From Alphaproteobacteria bacterium (lineage in GTDB: Bacteria; Pseudomonadota; Alphaproteobacteria; DSM-16000; Inquilinaceae), in contig OZ245752.1 of NCBI GenBank assembly GCA_965227455.1, positions 5,172,822 through 5,236,821 of the forward strand: a stretch of 64,000 nucleotides of DNA, read 5' to 3'. Both the position numbers and the translations under genes were made by a program. Shown piece after piece: positions 44,465-55,532 of this stretch; position 1 is the stretch's first letter; every line of letters starts with the position of its first letter. A model generated the notes under the pieces. It saw nothing but the letters and a program-made list of their open reading frames with translations, was not told the DNA's origin and did no database searches.

Positions 44465-44795
44465 TTGAAATAATGAAACCTGTATTTGTCGTAGATTATT
44501 TCCTTTTTGCTTTCTTTTGATTTTCAAGGTGGTCGAGCACGTCCGATTTTTGGGCATAACTTGTGCTCGACTGCTTTGAAATCGAGTGCCTTTGCTGCCC
44601 TGGAGCATCACCTGAAAAACACCACGGACTGAATGAGCTAGATCGGCCCGATTGAATACCCTGGCTCCCCTTCGCCGGCTGCTGGGCGCCTATCTTGAGC
44701 GCCAATTGAACGACCGGCCACGATGCCACAACGGTGACGATGCGCAGCACGCTTAGAATTGGGTATGCTGTGCCTGCAACTGATGGAGGCTGGCG

Positions 44796-45692
44796 ATGCC
44801 GAACTTGGCACTAGATTTAGCCAGGGCATTGATTATTCCGGTTCTTGCATTCGCCGCCAATGCGGCACAAGCAGCGGAGGAGACGGTCTCGATCAAGGTC
44901 GAAGGCCAGGCCGTCATCGGTACGCTGGAAATGCCCGACGGCATCGCAAACCCGCCGGCCGTTCTCATGCTCCACGGCTTCACCGCGTCGCGGGACGAGC
45001 TGGGCGTGGCCGAGACCGAGGAAGGCGTCTTCTCCCGCACCGCGCGGGTGCTGGCGGAGAACGGCTACGCCAGCCTGCGGATCGATTTCCGGGGCTCCGG
45101 CACGTCGGAGGGGGCCTGGGCCGACACCACGTTCAGCGGCCAGATCTCCGATGCCGTGGCCGCCGTCGACTGGCTGAAGGCCAGCGGCCGGATCGATGGC
45201 GAGCGCATGGCGGTGCTGGGCTGGAGCCAGGGCGGGCTGGTAGCCAGCCATCTGGCGGCGGCCCGGCCGGAGCTGGATGCGGTGGTGCTATGGGCGCCGG
45301 TGGTGCATCCGATCCAGACCTATTCCGGCCTGCTCGGTGCGGAAATGGTGCAGCAGGCCTTTGCGAGCCCGGCGGAGACCGAGATCACCGCGACCCTGCC
45401 CTGGGGGCCGGAGACGGTGCTGAAGGCCGCCTTCTACCATGAGATGGTGACAACCAGCCCGATCGCCGCGGTCGCCGGCTATCCCGGGCCGCTGCTGGTG
45501 GTCGTGGGGTCGCAGGACACCGTGGTCGCGCCGCAGCCGGCATCGGGCCAGGTGCTGCTCGACTATCACGACGGCGCGGAGAAGCTGGCGGTCTTCGAGA
45601 CCGACCATGTCTGGGGCGCGTTCGCCGGCCCGGCGGTGCTGGACGAGCTGATGGTGCCGACGACGCTGGAGTGGCTCGACACCCATCTGTGA
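44796..45692 (+). CDS. Secreted alpha/beta-hydrolase (dienelactone-hydrolase / BAAT-like)
   Basis: Signal peptide (ALIIPVLAFAANAAQA), a nucleophile-elbow-like GWSQGG, and acid/His residues near the C-terminus. Confidence 0.75.
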   Translation: MPNLALDLARALIIPVLAFAANAAQAAEETVSIKVEGQAVIGTLEMPDGIANPPAVLMLHGFTASRDELGVAETEEGVFSRTARVLAENGYASLRIDFRGSGTSEGAWADTTFSGQISDAVAAVDWLKASGRIDGERMAVLGWSQGGLVASHLAAARPELDAVVLWAPVVHPIQTYSGLLGAEMVQQAFASPAETEITATLPWGPETVLKAAFYHEMVTTSPIAAVAGYPGPLLVVVGSQDTVVAPQPASGQVLLDYHDGAEKLAVFETDHVWGAFAGPAVLDELMVPTTLEWLDTHL

Positions 45693-45709
45693 GGCCGGCC
45701 GGGCGGCGG

Positions 45710-46612
45710 TCACCGGCGCTCCGCCACGAGCGCGAAGACCCACCGACCGATCAGGAAGCCGACCTGCACGACGACCGCGGCGGCGAGGGCCATCATGGCG
45801 ATCGTGACGAGCAGGAACCCGCGTTCGCCACCATTCCAGATGTCCGAGCTCATCTGAATGGACAGTCGTCCGAGCAGCGCGATCAGCACCTGCCCGGCGA
45901 CGGCGACCAGGAAGATCGCGGACGTCCGTCCCGGTGCGAACCGCACCCGCCAGGCAAGCGCCCACGGCACCATGATGGCGGCCGCCGCCGCCAGAAGCAC
46001 CGCGACCTTGGCGGCGAACGAGTCCATGACGATCACCGGCAGTGCTCGGATCAGTCCCGCCCGCTCCGTCGCCTTCCAGTCCGAGCGCAATCGGTCGAAC
46101 GCCTGGCCCCCGCCATCCTCCGAGATGCGCCGGACCAGGGATTGCGGCAGGCAGCGGGCTCGCTCGTCGTCCCAGGATGGCGACGATCCTCGGCGAGCCA
46201 TGGCGCTGAGGCAGTGGTCAAAGGTGAGGATCTCGTAGACGCCCGACGTGACCTCCCGCCCCAGATGCCGCGCAATCTCCGGGACCGACAACCAGCTGCT
46301 CCTCGGGGGCACAACCACGGGCCGCGTGTCGTGCGCGCACATGAAGGTGCGGTAGAGGCGCTCCCGCAAGACCATGGACTCGGTGCACACGCCATCTGTG
46401 CAATTGGCCGCCAGCACGATGAGTTCCGGTTGTCCGGCGCAGGACAGCGCGAGTCCGGTCCGTGGGATCACCAGCACGGCGAGAGCGAGAAGCAAGAGAA
46501 GGCCGCGCGGGAAGCGGCGCTGCCGCCGAGCCGGTGGCGGCAAGTCTTGATGGCCATTCGCCGTCGGATGGCTGCGGCTGTGTGGCGATGTGTCCACGGC
46601 GGGTCCAGTCAC
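45710..46612 (-). CDS. Hypothetical membrane protein (several C-terminal TM helices). The start codon is uncertain; the 5-prime part may be non-coding.
   Basis: Hydrophobic C-terminal third (VAVLLAAAAAIMVPWALAW ... LLVTIAMMALAAAVVVQVGFLIG); low-complexity N-terminal third. Confidence 0.35.
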   Translation of the reverse strand: MTGPAVDTSPHSRSHPTANGHQDLPPPARRQRRFPRGLLLLLALAVLVIPRTGLALSCAGQPELIVLAANCTDGVCTESMVLRERLYRTFMCAHDTRPVVVPPRSSWLSVPEIARHLGREVTSGVYEILTFDHCLSAMARRGSSPSWDDERARCLPQSLVRRISEDGGGQAFDRLRSDWKATERAGLIRALPVIVMDSFAAKVAVLLAAAAAIMVPWALAWRVRFAPGRTSAIFLVAVAGQVLIALLGRLSIQMSSDIWNGGERGFLLVTIAMMALAAAVVVQVGFLIGRWVFALVAERR

Positions 46613-46692
46613 GGCGTGGTCCGGGCGGTTGCGCCATGCGCGAGATCAGCTTCGATCATTCCTGTTAAACGATTGCTAAGTCCGGACTGACG

Positions 46693-47383
46693 GTGGGCGG
46701 CGCCGGAGTCGCCTTCGCGGCGCTGGCGGCGCGCGCGGCCAAGGCGGACGATGACGAATCCCGCAAGGACATGGTCAACCGCGGCGGCCTGTTGAATGTC
46801 GGCGACTACTTCACCGTGAGCTGGCAGCGGGTCCAGGACCCCGAGGCGGTCAACGGCCGGGCTTTCGATTCCGCCCCGGACACCGCCATCTTCTCCCGCG
46901 GCGAGGGCTGCTGGGAGGATGACGGGCTGATCTACTTCGTCTCCACCGATGGCGGCCCGGCCGAGCTGGGGCAGGTCTGGCAGTACGATCCGCGCGCGGA
47001 GGTTCTGTATCTGCTCTACGAGGCCAGCGATGCGACGGAGGTCGACGGGCCGGACAATCTGGCGGTCAGCCGGCGGCATCCTGCTGTGCGAGGATGGCGG
47101 CTCCAATCCCAAGCGGCTGATCGGCCTCAGCGAGGACGGTCAGACCTTCCCCTTCGCCGAGAACCGCATCGTGCTGAGCGAGGCCGATATCGCCACCATC
47201 GACGCCGTGTTCCCAGGCACCCAGGCGAATTTCTGAGACAACCGGGATGCCGGCGGCGCCGGCGACTACCAGGGCCGGGAGTGGGCCGGCGCCACATTCT
47301 ATCGGCGCTGGTTGTTCGCCAACGTCCAGTCCCCCGGTGTCACCTTCGCCATCCGCGGACCCTGGGGCCGCGGCGCGCTGTAG
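46693..47383 (+). pseudogene. Frameshifted 3-prime remnant of a PhoX/DUF839-family (beta-propeller phosphatase-like) gene
   Basis: Three consecutive frames carry DUF839/PhoX C-terminal sequence (GEGCWEDDGLIYFVSTDGG...QVWQYDP // LCEDGGSNPKRLIGLSEDGQTFPFAEN // GREWAGATFYRRWLFANVQSPGVTFAIRGPW). The N-terminal ~400 aa are absent. Confidence 0.55.
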
Positions 47384-47467
47384 GATCTTCGTTGCGAAAG
47401 GGCGCCTGACGGGGCGCCCTTTCCGAATCTCTGCTTGCGCGATTGGGTAAGCCGGCTCCGACTGGCG

Positions 47468-47986
47468 CTATTCTGCGCCGTCCTGCTGCCGCTTCATCTC
47501 TTCGGCCCGCAGGATCGCCTCGGCTTGGCGCTGGATATCGTCCTCGCGCTCCAAAGCCGCCTGGGCGACTGCCTCATCTTCCACCGCGGCAGCGAATCTT
47601 GCCCTGGTCCTCCGTGACCACCAGAGCATGCCGGTGCCGACCGCGAGCATCAGGACGGCGAATACGAAGCTGTCGAGGTTGAACCCCTCCTCGGCGATGA
47701 AGGCGCCGACCATCACGGCCACGCCGATCAGCAGGTAGAACCATGTGTAGACCCTAAAGAAGACCGATCCCAGTCCCCGAACGAACAACTTTCGGGAATG
47801 CAGGTAGCACAGCAGGGCCGGGAACCCGAGATAGGCCAGGACGACCTCGACGATCGTGCTCAGCGGCTCCGGCAGCGGCGCCACGATGGAGCCGATAACC
47901 CCGAACGGAAGGATGAGTGCCAGTGCGGCTGCGGCAAGCACCAGCAGCCAGCTCTTCAGCGGCATTTCCAATCCAAAGAAAACCAT
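47468..47986 (-). CDS. Hypothetical 4-TM membrane protein with a coiled-coil C-terminal tail
   Basis: The start is set at the ATG preceded by GGAGG (MVFFGLEMPLKSWLLVLAAAALAL). Confidence 0.4.
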   Translation of the reverse strand: MVFFGLEMPLKSWLLVLAAAALALILPFGVIGSIVAPLPEPLSTIVEVVLAYLGFPALLCYLHSRKLFVRGLGSVFFRVYTWFYLLIGVAVMVGAFIAEEGFNLDSFVFAVLMLAVGTGMLWWSRRTRARFAAAVEDEAVAQAALEREDDIQRQAEAILRAEEMKRQQDGAE

Positions 47987-48189
47987 TGGTCCTCCGCGAC
48001 GTGACGATCTTCTGTTGGGGACCCGCGGCACATGCGGGCAGAGCACGTGATTTGAAAACCAATGGGATTGAAAGACAGTCACTTGGCCGGAATCTGTGAT
48101 GGTGCTCACACCTGCGGAGTACGCCCCATGGTGGAGCCAAGAGTAGAGGACCGTCATTGTGATCCCCGAATTGGTGCGGTTGGCTGCCG

Positions 48190-48972
48190 TCAGCGATACC
48201 GCAGGAACGGATGGTCGAAGCTATTCGATTTGGTGCGGTCCAGCAGACGTATTCCCTCGTCATAAGGCGGCGTATTCCTTAGAAGCCGAAGTAACGGTGC
48301 GATATGGCTTCTGGTCAGATGCACGCCTTTTTCGTCATACAGCCCACGACGCTTGGCGATGTGGTCCGAGGTAGCGAGGATGTCTCTATACAGCTCCGAC
48401 GCGACCTGCATGACCTCCTGAACGGCACCATGATGATGCAGATATACGGCCGCTGCCAGATAGCCGGCCGCTTCGCCGCGCATCTCGAATACCCGCCTCC
48501 TGTTCAGGTCGATCACCGCATGCACCGCCTCATGAATGATGAGGGAGCGCAGCTTAAGACGCTGCTTCCGTGATCCATTCCAACTCGAATAGAAGAGCGT
48601 CGTATCGAATTCGAATTTCTGCCACTCCGGATCATAAAATGCCGAATAGTTCTCTTTCTGCAGATCCGAAGTTTTCACTCCCATCCGCTCGGTCTCGATC
48701 AGGCGGCCTACATAGCGCAGGCGCTGTTCATCCACATGCAGGCGGTCCGTCCGGCCGACGAAAAAGTCGATATGGCCGATCGCAGCGTCTTCCAGCAGGA
48801 ATCGTCCCACCGCCTTGCTCAGCTTGAAGGCGATTGGCGTTTCTTCGCTGGAGCCGGCACCCGGTCTGGCGTCACGCCTGCCGGCCCGCAAGGCCACGTA
48901 GGATTCCTGGGTATGAAGATCCGCGCAGAACGGCCCAGGGCCGTATTCATGAGGGGGTCGATTAGATCTCAT
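48190..48972 (-). CDS. Hypothetical protein with an HExxH motif (putative zinc metallopeptidase-like). The start is uncertain.
   Basis: LIIHEAVHAV motif, with a downstream E/H-rich segment (EMRGEAAGYLAAAVYLHHHG). Confidence 0.4.
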   Translation of the reverse strand: MRSNRPPHEYGPGPFCADLHTQESYVALRAGRRDARPGAGSSEETPIAFKLSKAVGRFLLEDAAIGHIDFFVGRTDRLHVDEQRLRYVGRLIETERMGVKTSDLQKENYSAFYDPEWQKFEFDTTLFYSSWNGSRKQRLKLRSLIIHEAVHAVIDLNRRRVFEMRGEAAGYLAAAVYLHHHGAVQEVMQVASELYRDILATSDHIAKRRGLYDEKGVHLTRSHIAPLLRLLRNTPPYDEGIRLLDRTKSNSFDHPFLRYR

Positions 48973-49303
48973 CGCCCAGCATCCTGTAACGAGGAGAATG
49001 CCATCCGCAGGCCGGCTCTCCTCTGGATCATGCTCGAGAATAGGCTCGGGCGCCGGGCATTGGATGTGACGAATCCCACATTGCACGCGGGCGAACGGAG
49101 ACAGTGCTTGCCATTCATGCCCGGGTCACCGCCGCCGTGCCGCCCGAAATAGCCAGGCGTCGACCCTCTTGTTTCGAATTCCACCGCCGATTCCGCATGG
49201 CTGCCCTGCGCCTGGCGGGACTGTATTTCCCGGGATCGCGATGTAGATGCCTGGGCGAGACGGTGATGCCTCTGTTCCGCAACCTTGAGGAGGTGGCCCG
49301 CGC

Positions 49304-50680
49304 ATGCCGGAACTCGACACGGAGATGCTGTCCCGGATCCAGTTCGGGTTCACCATCGGCTTCCACATCCTCTTTCCCACACTGACCATCGGGCTCGGCT
49401 GGTTCCTGGTCACCGTCGAGGCGCTGTGGCTGAAGACCGGCAATCCGGTCTATGTCGGCCTCTACCGGCTGTGGGCCAAGATCTTCGCGCTCACCTTCGG
49501 CATGGGCGTGGTCTCCGGCATCGTTCTGTCCTACCAGTTCGGCACCAATTGGAGCCGCTTCTCCGAGATCGCCGGCCCGGTGATGGGCCCGCTGCTATCG
49601 GTCGAGGTGTTGACCGCCTTCTTCGTGGAGGCCGGCTTCATCGGCGTGATGTTGTTCGGCTGGAAGAAGGTCGGGCCGCGGCTGCATTTCCTGGCAACGC
49701 TTCTGGTTGCGCTGGGCACCCTGAACTCGGCCTTCTGGATCCTCTCGGCCAATAGCTGGATGCAGACCCCGGCGGGTGCCGAACTGGTCGACGGCATCTT
49801 CGTGCCCACCGATTGGTGGGCCATCATCTTCAACCCGTCCTTCCCCTACCGCCTGGCGCATATGGTGGTGGCGTCCTTCCTGACCACCGCCTTCGTGGTC
49901 GCCGGCGTCTCCGCCTGGTATCTGTTGAAGCGGCAATGCGAGGATATCGGCCGCGCCGGCCTGTCCCTCGGCCTGCTGATGGCGACCCTGCTGGCCCCGA
50001 CCCAGATCTTCCTCGGCGACTTGCACGGCCTCAACGTGCAGGAGCACCAGCCGATGAAGGTCGCTGCCATGGAGGGGCTGTGGGAGACCGAGCGGGGTGC
50101 GCCGCTGGTGCTGTTCGCGTGGCCGGACCAGGAGGCCCAGGAGAACCGGTTCGCAATCCAGGTCCCCAAGCTGGCCAGCCTGATCCTGACCCATGAACTG
50201 GATGGCGAGGTCCTGGGCCTGAACGAGGTGCCGCGCGAAAACCAGCCGCCTGTAGCGCCGGTGTTCTGGTCGTTCCGGGTGATGGTGGGGCTTGGCGTCT
50301 TCATGCTCGCGGTCGCCGGCTATGGCGTCTGGCTGCGATACCGGCGGCGGCTCTATGAGGACCGGTTGCTGCACCGGCTCTGCGTCGCTGCGATCCCCAG
50401 CGGATTCGTCGCCACCATCGCCGGCTGGCTGGTGGCAGAGATCGGACGGCAGCCCTTCACGGTCTACGGCCTTCTGCGCACCGCCGAGAGCGCCTCGCCG
50501 ATCCCCGCGGCCGCGGTCGCCACCTCGCTGACCCTGTTCGTGCTGGTCTACGGCATGCTGTTCGGCGCCTATCTCTATTACCTGTGCAAGGTGATCGCGA
50601 AAGGGCCGGACATGACCGCCCTGCCGGATCGCCCGGTGGCGGTGCCGACGCTGGTCCGCCAGCCCGATGCGGCGGAGTAG
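49304..50680 (+). CDS. cydA: Cytochrome bd-type ubiquinol oxidase subunit I
   Basis: CydA N-terminus (LSRIQFGFTIGFHILFPTLTIG) and Q-loop; 458 aa. Confidence 0.9.
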   Translation: MPELDTEMLSRIQFGFTIGFHILFPTLTIGLGWFLVTVEALWLKTGNPVYVGLYRLWAKIFALTFGMGVVSGIVLSYQFGTNWSRFSEIAGPVMGPLLSVEVLTAFFVEAGFIGVMLFGWKKVGPRLHFLATLLVALGTLNSAFWILSANSWMQTPAGAELVDGIFVPTDWWAIIFNPSFPYRLAHMVVASFLTTAFVVAGVSAWYLLKRQCEDIGRAGLSLGLLMATLLAPTQIFLGDLHGLNVQEHQPMKVAAMEGLWETERGAPLVLFAWPDQEAQENRFAIQVPKLASLILTHELDGEVLGLNEVPRENQPPVAPVFWSFRVMVGLGVFMLAVAGYGVWLRYRRRLYEDRLLHRLCVAAIPSGFVATIAGWLVAEIGRQPFTVYGLLRTAESASPIPAAAVATSLTLFVLVYGMLFGAYLYYLCKVIAKGPDMTALPDRPVAVPTLVRQPDAAE

Positions 50681-50686
50681 GAGGTC

Positions 50687-51697
50687 GTGATGGCCATCGA
50701 CCTGCCGCTCGTCGCCGCCGGGGTCATCGCCTTCGGCATCATCATGTATGTGCTGCTGGACGGTTTCGACCTGGGTGTCGGCATCCTGTTTCCGGCGGCC
50801 CGCAGCGAGGCCGACCGCGACTGGATGATCGCCACCATCGCCCCGGTCTGGGACGGCAACGAGACCTGGCTGATCCTCGGCGGCGCGGTGCTGTTCGCCG
50901 CCTTCCCGACGGCCTATGCGGTGGCCCTTCCGGCCTTCTACCTGCCGATCATGCTGCTGCTGTTCGCCCTGATCTTCCGCGGCGTGGCCTTCGAGTTCCG
51001 CGCCAAGGCAGTGACCAGCAAGCATATCTGGACCAAGGCCTTCTGCATCGGATCGGTGGTCGCCGCCTTCGCCCAGGGTCTGCTGCTGGGCGGCCTCATC
51101 GAGGGCGTGACCGTGGTCGACCGGCAATTCGCCGGCGGCGCCTTCGACTGGTTGACCCCGTTCTCGCTGCTGACCGGTGTTGCGGTGGTCTGCGGCTATG
51201 GCCTGTTGGGCGCGACCTGGCTGGTGGCAAAGACCGGAGACCGGCTGCAGGCCGACGCGCGGCGTTGGTCGCGCATCCTGCTGGTGCTGGTCGCCGGGTT
51301 CATGGCCGTCGTCAGCATCGCCACGCCGCTGATGCATGAGTCGATCGCCGAGCGCTGGTTCGCCGGCTGGCACCTGCTCTATCTGTCGCCGGTGCCGCTC
51401 ACCGCCGGCGCCGTCTCCCTGGCGTTGTGGATCGGCCTCGGCCGCGACTGGGTGCGGCCGGTCTTCTGGCTCGCCGCCGCGCTGTTCCTGCTCGGCTATC
51501 TGGGGCTGGTGATCAGCCTGTGGCCGGCCATCGTACCGCCGGCGCTGACCATCCACTCCGCCGCCGCACCGGCCTCAAGCCTGGTCTTCGTGCTGACCGC
51601 CGTCGCCATCACCCTGCCCATGGTGCTCGGCTACACCGCCTATGCCTACTGGGTATTCCGCGGCAAGTCGTCCCCCGACGGTGCCTATCATGGCTGA
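50687..51697 (+). CDS. cydB: Cytochrome bd-type ubiquinol oxidase subunit II
   Basis: CydB sequence (ILLDGFDLGVGILFP ... WDGNETWLILGG); 336 aa. Confidence 0.9.
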   Translation: MMAIDLPLVAAGVIAFGIIMYVLLDGFDLGVGILFPAARSEADRDWMIATIAPVWDGNETWLILGGAVLFAAFPTAYAVALPAFYLPIMLLLFALIFRGVAFEFRAKAVTSKHIWTKAFCIGSVVAAFAQGLLLGGLIEGVTVVDRQFAGGAFDWLTPFSLLTGVAVVCGYGLLGATWLVAKTGDRLQADARRWSRILLVLVAGFMAVVSIATPLMHESIAERWFAGWHLLYLSPVPLTAGAVSLALWIGLGRDWVRPVFWLAAALFLLGYLGLVISLWPAIVPPALTIHSAAAPASSLVFVLTAVAITLPMVLGYTAYAYWVFRGKSSPDGAYHG

Positions 51698-51815
51698 CCG
51701 CCCCCGCCTGCCGCTGGCCTGGCGCCGCCTCGCCTGGTTCGTCGGCATCTGGGCCGCCGGCGTTGTGTCGCTCGGCATCGTCTCCCATGGCTTGAAGGCG
51801 CTGATCGGGGTCTAG
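51690..51815 (+). CDS. DUF2474-like 41-aa single-TM mini-protein (CydX/CydS-position accessory ORF)
   Basis: ATG overlaps the cydB stop (ATGGCTGA). Encodes MADRPRLPLAWRRLAWFVGIWAAGVVSLGIVSHGLKALIGV. Confidence 0.5.
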   Translation: MADRPRLPLAWRRLAWFVGIWAAGVVSLGIVSHGLKALIGV

Positions 51816-51835
51816 TCGGAAGGGCCGGTTCCCAT

Positions 51836-51982
51836 CCCCCTCACCCAGCTCCGGCTAAGGCTCGGCCACTGGCCTCGCCAAGCCTTCGCAACCCTCTCCC
51901 CAAGGAGAGGGGAGAGCGGCGTTGCGAGACTATCCCTCTCTTAGGGGAGAAGGAGGGACCCGCGAAGCGGGAGGGTGAGGGG
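51836..51982. repeat. Family-B palindromic repeat element, copy 4 (more divergent)
   Basis: CCCCTCACCC ... GGAGAGGGGAGAG ... CCCTCTC ... GGGAGGGTGAGGGGG. Confidence 0.7.
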
Positions 51983-52064
51983 GAACGTCTCGGGTAGATT
52001 GGTGACCCGGAATCGAAAAAGGCGCCTCCGAAAGACGCCCTTTCAATGCCGGCTAGCGCGGACG

Positions 52065-52292
52065 TCAGCTGGACTTCAGGCCCAGCCCGGCGAAGCGCTT
52101 GTTGAACTTGGCGACCTGGCCGCCGCGGTCGACCACGCGGTGCACGCCGGTCCAGGCCGGGTGGGTCTTGGCATCGATGTCCAGGCGCAGAGAGTCTCCC
52201 TCCTTGCCGTAGGTGCTCTTGGTCTTGAACTCGGTCCCATCGGTCATGATGACCGTGATCTCGTGGTAATCCGGATGAATGTCGGACTTCAT
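52065..52292 (-). CDS. rpmE: 50S ribosomal protein L31
   Basis: [22 protein letters not shown]... ; 75 aa. Confidence 0.9.
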   Translation of the reverse strand: MKSDIHPDYHEITVIMTDGTEFKTKSTYGKEGDSLRLDIDAKTHPAWTGVHRVVDRGGQVAKFNKRFAGLGLKSS

Positions 52293-52376
52293 GGTCTTGC
52301 GCTCCGCGAAAACAGGCGCGGTATATAGCCAAGCTGACCGAGGGATGCAAGCGCAGTCGAAGGATGTTCTTTGAGC

Positions 52377-52835
52377 CTACCGAGCCTTTGGGTTCTCAGG
52401 TCGACCGATGATCGTCCAGTAGGTCAGTCCGGCCAATGTGCCCGCGAGGCCGCAGGACCCGCAGACGGCTACCAAAGCACGAACAAGAGGCTCGCCAGCG
52501 TCCAGGAACAAAAGGGCGTAGGGCACGGAAAAGGCAAGGCCAATGAGGGCACCGGCGCAGGCTTCTGCGTAGCCGCGAGGGACACGGGTGAGATGGAATA
52601 TGAACGCGGCTAGCAGGGTGGGAATGAACGCCATCCCGGCAACGAAGATTCCGAGAACCAATCCCTTACCCAGGACACTCGCGACCGCATGAGACGCGTC
52701 GGCGATGCCTCTCGGTGGCAGAATACCCAGCCCAATTGTGGTTCCGGCCACATAGGACGCCACGATGTACGCCATCGTGGGACGAATGATCGCCAGCCAA
52801 ACGCATCTCAATCCAGTTCTCGGGTCGGGAGCCAT
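52377..52835 (-). CDS. Hypothetical 4-TM membrane protein (paralogue 1)
   Basis: Shares a TRVPRG ... CxGAxxG block with the adjacent gene. Confidence 0.4.
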   Translation of the reverse strand: MAPDPRTGLRCVWLAIIRPTMAYIVASYVAGTTIGLGILPPRGIADASHAVASVLGKGLVLGIFVAGMAFIPTLLAAFIFHLTRVPRGYAEACAGALIGLAFSVPYALLFLDAGEPLVRALVAVCGSCGLAGTLAGLTYWTIIGRPENPKAR

Positions 52836-52919
52836 CGCATTACCTAGTCGAAGATCGGGAGATTCATCGGCCTGGCGTTCGCCGCGATTTACCGCAGGGC
52901 TTCGATCAAGACGGCCCCG

Positions 52920-53390
52920 TCAGAACGAGGACGACGGTCGTCGGGCAGTGGCCCTTGGATTGCGTGGACAGCCGACGAGCAGCCAATAGACCAGCCCGGC
53001 GACGGCACCCATCAGGGAGAAGGTGGCAAGTTGATACAATATTGTGCCGAGTGGGACGGCGGGCGAATAGATGAAGACGAATGAGAGGGCTGGGCCCAGG
53101 AATGCGCCAAGACAGGTCTCGCCGATACCTCGCGGAACTCGTGTCCGGAGCAGGATCGCGGCCGCCAACAGCACAGGGAGCAGACAGAATACCGCAATGA
53201 CCAATGCGATGACCGGGAGCAGGCCGAGATAGTCCGTCGTGAAGCCGGAGGATTCGAATATCGCATCCAGGAGAAACATCATGGTCGCGGCCGCAAGGCA
53301 GGCAACGCAATAGGCGAAGAGAGGGCGTCCAATCGCCGACCAGGCTGTTTGCAGGTGGCTGAAGTCATAGGTCTGCATGGCGATCTCCAA
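52920..53390 (-). CDS. Hypothetical 4-TM membrane protein (paralogue 2)
   Basis: LRTRVPRGIGETCLGAFLGPALSF resembles LTRVPRGYAEACAGALIGLAFSV of its neighbour. Confidence 0.4.
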   Translation of the reverse strand: MEIAMQTYDFSHLQTAWSAIGRPLFAYCVACLAAATMMFLLDAIFESSGFTTDYLGLLPVIALVIAVFCLLPVLLAAAILLRTRVPRGIGETCLGAFLGPALSFVFIYSPAVPLGTILYQLATFSLMGAVAGLVYWLLVGCPRNPRATARRPSSSF

Positions 53391-53695
53391 TCACCTCTTA
53401 CCTTGGGTTGACGCCCCAACATTCGGACAGAACGCCTTATCGAGACATGAGTTTACATCAGTTTTCACCATTGTAACAGAACTTTCTGTACTAACAGAAA
53501 TTATTGTCTCGAACTCTCGTATTGCCCGCCGGGATTGAGCGGCGCCCGCCCTCTCCAGCGGTGCAACTTGTTGCCCCGTCGGGCGATTGCTATATCAGGG
53601 GCGGGTCTAGGTCGTCGCTTTGGGGGGCACCGATTGGCGGCCCGTTCGGGCAGGCAGCAAGGGTGTCGATCGGCGTGTTCCGCGAATCCACCTAC

Positions 53696-55519
<1,824 letters not shown>

Positions 55520-55532
55520 GGCGCGGGCGACC

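Noticed and set aside
46693-47409. Treating the 238-aa ORF as an intact gene
   Set aside because: Homology continues in two other frames downstream, and the N-terminal two-thirds of the family are missing. It is therefore called a pseudogene remnant.
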